Shown here: one piece after another, positions 16,325-20,000 of the stretch
Position numbering within the stretch: the first letter of the stretch is position 1
Layout: every line of letters begins with the position of its first letter
Origin: an uncultured virus (IMG/VR IMGVR_UViG_3300022927_000014)
Lineage: Duplodnaviria; Heunggongvirae; Uroviricota; Caudoviricetes
Strand: one strand, 5' to 3'
Length of the DNA: 20,000 nucleotides
IMG/VR virus record: IMGVR_UViG_3300022927_000014
Position numbers and translations under genes: made by a program
The notes under the pieces: generated by a model
Told to the model about the DNA's origin: nothing
What the model saw: the letters and a program-made list of their open reading frames with translations, nothing else
Databases searched by the model: none

Positions 16325-16864
16325 TTAGCCACCCATCTTAAACTTCCCACCAACAGCAACAGTTTTAGATACTGCCCAAGGGTCTTGGACTACAGGCTTT
16401 ACCTCTTCTAAGTGACCCCCTAAGTTAAAGGATTGTGCAGGTGTGTTGAAGCTACTGTCTGCTTTTCTAGGCACTGCTTCCTGAACCTCTGGGGGCTGAC
16501 AATCTTGTACTTCTATGGTAGGTTTAACCTCTATTATAGTAGGCTTAACTTCTATCTTTGGTTCTTCTATATGAACCAAAGGTTGAGAACTAGACCCCCA
16601 AGTTTCACTCTGTTGCTCTTGGAAAACTTCTAAGTCTGCAATGCCTTCCCACCTAGAAGACTCTGATTGCTTGACTATATTTGGATTGTCTAGCAACCTA
16701 TCTACCTGAGTTAGTATTCTCTTATCCCAAGAAGAATAACCCCAACTCGCACGAACACACTCTCTATTCTTGCATTGAGAGCAAAAAATCTCTTCAAACT
16801 GTTGAGGGCTTAACTTAGAAGCCCCGTCATTGCATTCTATATAAAAATCTTTGCTTGGTTTCAT
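16325..16864 (-). CDS. hypothetical protein with N-terminal Cys4 (possible metal-binding) domain
   Basis: C-x17-C-x2-C-x4-C (ECNDG..FCSQCKNRECVR), then a low-complexity Pro/Glu linker and a DPW..GG tail. Confidence 0.65.
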   Translation of the reverse strand: MKPSKDFYIECNDGASKLSPQQFEEIFCSQCKNRECVRASWGYSSWDKRILTQVDRLLDNPNIVKQSESSRWEGIADLEVFQEQQSETWGSSSQPLVHIEEPKIEVKPTIIEVKPTIEVQDCQPPEVQEAVPRKADSSFNTPAQSFNLGGHLEEVKPVVQDPWAVSKTVAVGGKFKMGG

Positions 16865-16899
16865 CTGGATCTCTCTTTCAAGTTATATCTCAGAATACC

Positions 16900-16911
16900 A
16901 TAAAGAGCCTA
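16900..16911 (-). promoter_or_regulatory. TA-N5-TTTAT candidate phage promoter (TAGGCTCTTTAT)
   Basis: 35 nt before ATG 16864; its first three bases are the upstream gene's TAG stop. Confidence 0.55.
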
Positions 16912-17265
16912 TAACGTAAAAGTAAGGTGTAAAAGAGAGCCTTTCTTTTTGTATGATAAAGTGTAGCCTTTTGGTGCAACGACACGCAAACCTTTTGCTT
17001 CCTGCTTTAAGAACACCTCTCCTACAAAAGAGCTTGAGCCAGAGCTAGTAAAACAGTCTTTAATCAGTAGTGTGTTTCCTTGCTTTTCATAAGTGACCCA
17101 CTCTATAGGCTCATTGAAAGAGAGTATGATTGATATAGTCTTATCAGCAGAGACACGAACTGCCTCTGGGATAGTATATAAATAATTCTCATCAATACAC
17201 CCAACCTCGGCTAAACTAACAGATAGAGGGAGAATTGTAAGTATGCAACATAGTAAATACTTCAT
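16909..17265 (-). CDS. small exported protein with Sec signal peptide
   Basis: MKYLLCCILTILPLSVSLA-E (basic n-region, hydrophobic core, SLA cleavage site). ATGA overlap with the Myb-like gene. Confidence 0.6.
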   Translation of the reverse strand: MKYLLCCILTILPLSVSLAEVGCIDENYLYTIPEAVRVSADKTISIILSFNEPIEWVTYEKQGNTLLIKDCFTSSGSSSFVGEVFLKQEAKGLRVVAPKGYTLSYKKKGSLLHLTFTL

Positions 17266-17855
17266 AGCAAGCCTTTCTTTAATCTTGCATGTTTTCTTCG
17301 AACAGCCAAAACACTTTTGTTTAAATGAGTGGAGATCTCAGCAAAAGAAGTACCTTTAGCTCTCTCTCTTAAGAGATAGTTTTCTTCTTTCCCTGTCCAA
17401 CCTTTTTTATTAACATCTAGCCAGAGTCTATCTCTTTTATTTCTACATGCACTAGCAGGTCGGCCTATGGCTTTTGAAATATCTTCCCAAGATTGACCTT
17501 CAGAAACCATCTTAGAGAGCATCTCTATTTCATCTTCTGTCCAAGCATTGTATTCAAGGCTATAGCCCATCCTAGAAGCCTTTAATCGGATAGCTTTTTC
17601 TGACTTACCTAGAGATCTTGCAATACCTTTAGTTGAGCTTTTGTCATATATAGCTCTAGCTAGCTTTGCTTCCTCTTCCTCAGTCCATGTTCTCTCGCCT
17701 CTATGTGTCTTTCTGACCTTACTTTTTAAGCCGAGTTCTGACATTTTCTTCTTTACCCCAGATTCTCCTCTGCCAAGACTCTGAGCTACCTTGTGAATAG
17801 GGTAGATTTCAAGAAGAACTTCTAGCTTTAACAAATCCTCGCTTGACCACTTCAT
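17262..17855 (-). CDS. DNA-binding protein with four tandem Myb/SANT-like HTH repeats
   Basis: Four units beginning WSSED, WTEEE, WTEDE and WTGKE, each followed by an HTH (VAQSLGRGESGV; IARSLGKSEKAI; ISKAIGRPASAC; ISTHLNKSVLAV). Confidence 0.8.
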   Translation of the reverse strand: MKWSSEDLLKLEVLLEIYPIHKVAQSLGRGESGVKKKMSELGLKSKVRKTHRGERTWTEEEEAKLARAIYDKSSTKGIARSLGKSEKAIRLKASRMGYSLEYNAWTEDEIEMLSKMVSEGQSWEDISKAIGRPASACRNKRDRLWLDVNKKGWTGKEENYLLRERAKGTSFAEISTHLNKSVLAVRRKHARLKKGLL

Positions 17856-17916
17856 TTTAAAAACCTTTCTGTATAAGTATTTTCTACTTATAGAAAAAGG
17901 CTTTGAACCCTATTAA

Positions 17917-18804
17917 TTAAAGAGCAGTATTATCTTCTTCTCCATTAGGAACATCATCTAACAAACACTGATAAAGGCTAAGTGGATTCTTTAAAGCTAG
18001 AGGGTTGTTTAAATCGGGAACTCTTTTAGGGTAGTCTTCTTTAACATTGAAGAAGTTTAAATCTATGTTAGTGATGATATAACTCAAATGGTTATCTGCC
18101 AAGAGTTCTTTTTTGTCGAAAGTTTCTAGTGTAGCTACGCTACCTGCAAGGGTGTTATACAAGATAACATCTCTTTCTTTCATAAGTTGCTCTCTAAGGT
18201 CACAAAGTTTAAGAATCCTAGCTTCTAGGTCATTCCTTAGCTGTGCAATCTCTTGTCTTATCCAACCTCTGGCTTTTGAAACTTGACCACCAACTTCATC
18301 AGCTTCTGGAAATACATTAACTTCTCCGCTACCTAACTTTCGAGGAGAGTACTTCCATAAAGGAAGCCAACCTCTTTGGTCCACACCCCTAAAATCTTCT
18401 TCTTCCTGACCTTGAGGTGCAAGAACTCCACCATAAGGCTGGGTGAAAGAAACCTTTGTATCACCTACAGTCCAACCCTCATTAGAGTCATCTTCACCAA
18501 CTTCTACAATTTTGTAGGAGTCTGGCATTAGGAACATTGAGATATCAAAAGGATTTCCACCTTGTGCGATATATGCAACAAGAAGCTTACCTAGCGAGGT
18601 ATCTCTATTAACACTAATGCCTGTCCTTTTTTCTGTCCTTTTACCATCAGCTTCTTCGTAAGTAATGGTGATATTACCTATCTTGTCTAGCTCTCTTTGG
18701 ATATAGAGAAATCTATCTGGTACATTTTGTCTTTGGTTGAGTGCAAACCTTCTAAACTCAAGCCAAGAGCCTTTTCTAAACATACATGTCCAACCAAAAC
18801 TCAT
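17917..18804 (-). CDS. hypothetical protein (295 aa), probably structural
   Basis: Long ORF with a coiled-coil segment (IAQLRNDLEARILKLCDLREQL). TAATG coupling and SD GGAGG. Confidence 0.7.
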   Translation of the reverse strand: MSFGWTCMFRKGSWLEFRRFALNQRQNVPDRFLYIQRELDKIGNITITYEEADGKRTEKRTGISVNRDTSLGKLLVAYIAQGGNPFDISMFLMPDSYKIVEVGEDDSNEGWTVGDTKVSFTQPYGGVLAPQGQEEEDFRGVDQRGWLPLWKYSPRKLGSGEVNVFPEADEVGGQVSKARGWIRQEIAQLRNDLEARILKLCDLREQLMKERDVILYNTLAGSVATLETFDKKELLADNHLSYIITNIDLNFFNVKEDYPKRVPDLNNPLALKNPLSLYQCLLDDVPNGEEDNTAL

Positions 18805-20000
18805 TAGTCATCTCCTCCAATCATAAGCTTAAGAAGATCTACCACAATATTAGGTAGGCCACCAGCTACAAGCATAGCACCTACTCCTACTCCATCATTT
18901 CCAATAGGAGGTTTGTTTTCTGATCTAGAAATAGCTGAAACTAAGGCATTTGTGCCATTTGTGATGTGGTAAGTTGCAAAGATACCTGTGGGTAAACTGA
19001 AGTTTAATATCGCATCTATCAGAGCTTTAATTTTTAAGATGATGAGCCTTAGCTCCTCAATTCGAATCTGAATCAACTTTATGTACTTTAAGATCTCATC
19101 AATTATTCCTTGAGTTGCATTAAAAAAGCGATCCAGAAAAGACTTAAAATCTTCAAAACCAGAGATAAGAGCAGACAAGTCTGTGTTCTCAAAAGGTCGA
19201 TACTTATACCACTGACCTCCAAAAGAACCTGCAACTACGGGAACTCCATAAAGTAAAATAGCACCATTCTCTACTATCTTCCTAGCTTGAGGCAATGAAC
19301 CTATATAACTCTGTACTTTGTTCGACCCCTCAAGTATAGAAATAAACCCTTGAGGGTATGTATCTACAATGATTTCATACTCTGCATATATCTCTATGTT
19401 ATCCCAAATTTTTTCCAAATCCTCAAAAGAGGTATAACCTTCAAACATATTCTCACCAAATTCAGTGAATATGCCTTCATACTCTGGAGTACTACTTTTG
19501 AAGTAACCATCCTCATTCCCACCACTGTCTTGGCTTTGAACTAAAACCTCAAAGAAAGAGAAAGGGAGTTGGTTAATCTCATCAATCAAATTTTGGTTTG
19601 CAGAAATAAAATCTGCTGCTGGAAGTGTTGTGTTTAACAAAGATCTTTCAATGAAGCTTTCAAAGAACTCTAAAGTAATCTCTCTATCACCAAAAGTGCT
19701 TAATGAGTCATCATAAACTTTAGCCTTGATAGAACTAAGGAACTTTGCAGTCTCGCCATAAATCATCTCTTGATTGAAATAATACTTTTGAGCTTCTACA
19801 CTTTCAAGATTACAAAGGTAATAGATTGTGTAAAACTCTCTTAAAGCTCTAAGAAAGTCAGACTTTTGTATTGTTGGTATGTCTATATGCTTTATCTCTG
19901 TAGGTTCAGACAAACCAAGCACCTCAACACCAGATAATTGATAAGGGTCAATTAAATCTTCTTCCACCCCATTTACTTTTTTTAGGTTTGAATCTCTTAC
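18804..20000 (-). CDS. hypothetical acidic protein, 5'-truncated, probably structural
   Basis: The frame stays open from 19967 to the window end. C-terminal amphipathic helix followed by a Gly-rich hydrophobic tail. Confidence 0.7.
   Translation of the reverse strand, partial: VRDSNLKKVNGVEEDLIDPYQLSGVEVLGLSEPTEIKHIDIPTIQKSDFLRALREFYTIYYLCNLESVEAQKYYFNQEMIYGETAKFLSSIKAKVYDDSLSTFGDREITLEFFESFIERSLLNTTLPAADFISANQNLIDEINQLPFSFFEVLVQSQDSGGNEDGYFKSSTPEYEGIFTEFGENMFEGYTSFEDLEKIWDNIEIYAEYEIIVDTYPQGFISILEGSNKVQSYIGSLPQARKIVENGAILLYGVPVVAGSFGGQWYKYRPFENTDLSALISGFEDFKSFLDRFFNATQGIIDEILKYIKLIQIRIEELRLIILKIKALIDAILNFSLPTGIFATYHITNGTNALVSAISRSENKPPIGNDGVGVGAMLVAGGLPNIVVDLLKLMIGGDD

Noticed and set aside
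2225..16911. Reading the motif as the Bacteroidota -7 promoter (TAnnTTTG)
   Set aside because: Spacing and ending differ (TA-N5-TTTAT), and the strong SD use here is unlike Bacteroidota genes.
330..19544. The other short (62-131 aa) ORFs in the track that overlap longer genes
   Set aside because: They are nested in or antisense to better-supported genes and show no recognisable motifs.
1..20000. Stop-codon reassignment, as seen in some large phages
   Set aside because: Code 11 gives near-complete coding density, and TAA, TAG and TGA all end genes at tight junctions.
1..20000. tRNA, rRNA, CRISPR array, transposase, intron or intein
   Set aside because: Intergenic gaps are at most about 160 nt and are accounted for by promoters, terminators and hairpins. 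No cloverleaf, array or splicing motifs were seen by eye.

Overview
This AT-rich, densely coded window looks like part of a large (probably jumbo) tailed-phage genome using genetic code 11. No rRNA, tRNA, CRISPR array or IS element is evident. It runs from the 3' part of a DnaB-family helicase and a T5orf172-type GIY-YIG gene into a mostly minus-strand block. That block encodes a Gly-rich fibre/spike-like protein, two paralogous GNAT-like proteins, a thermonuclease, a holin-like protein, an Hc1-type histone H1-like protein, two tandem paralogous membrane proteins, a Cys4 protein, a four-repeat Myb/SANT-like HTH protein and several large unknowns. A pentapeptide-repeat gene and a sigma70-family gene lie on the plus strand. 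The most notable signal is regulatory. A TA-N5-TTTAT motif lies 28-42 nt before the start codon of seven minus-strand genes, with two further degenerate copies, and is a candidate phage-specific late promoter. The sigma-like gene instead has a host-type -35/-10 promoter overlapped by an inverted repeat. An RBS-sequestering hairpin on the nuclease gene overlaps the motif, resembling T4 late translational control. Many motif-controlled proteins share basic [K/R]-x-A N-terminal leaders, suggesting capsid-packaged cargo. All functional calls come from motif recognition by eye; no database searches were run.
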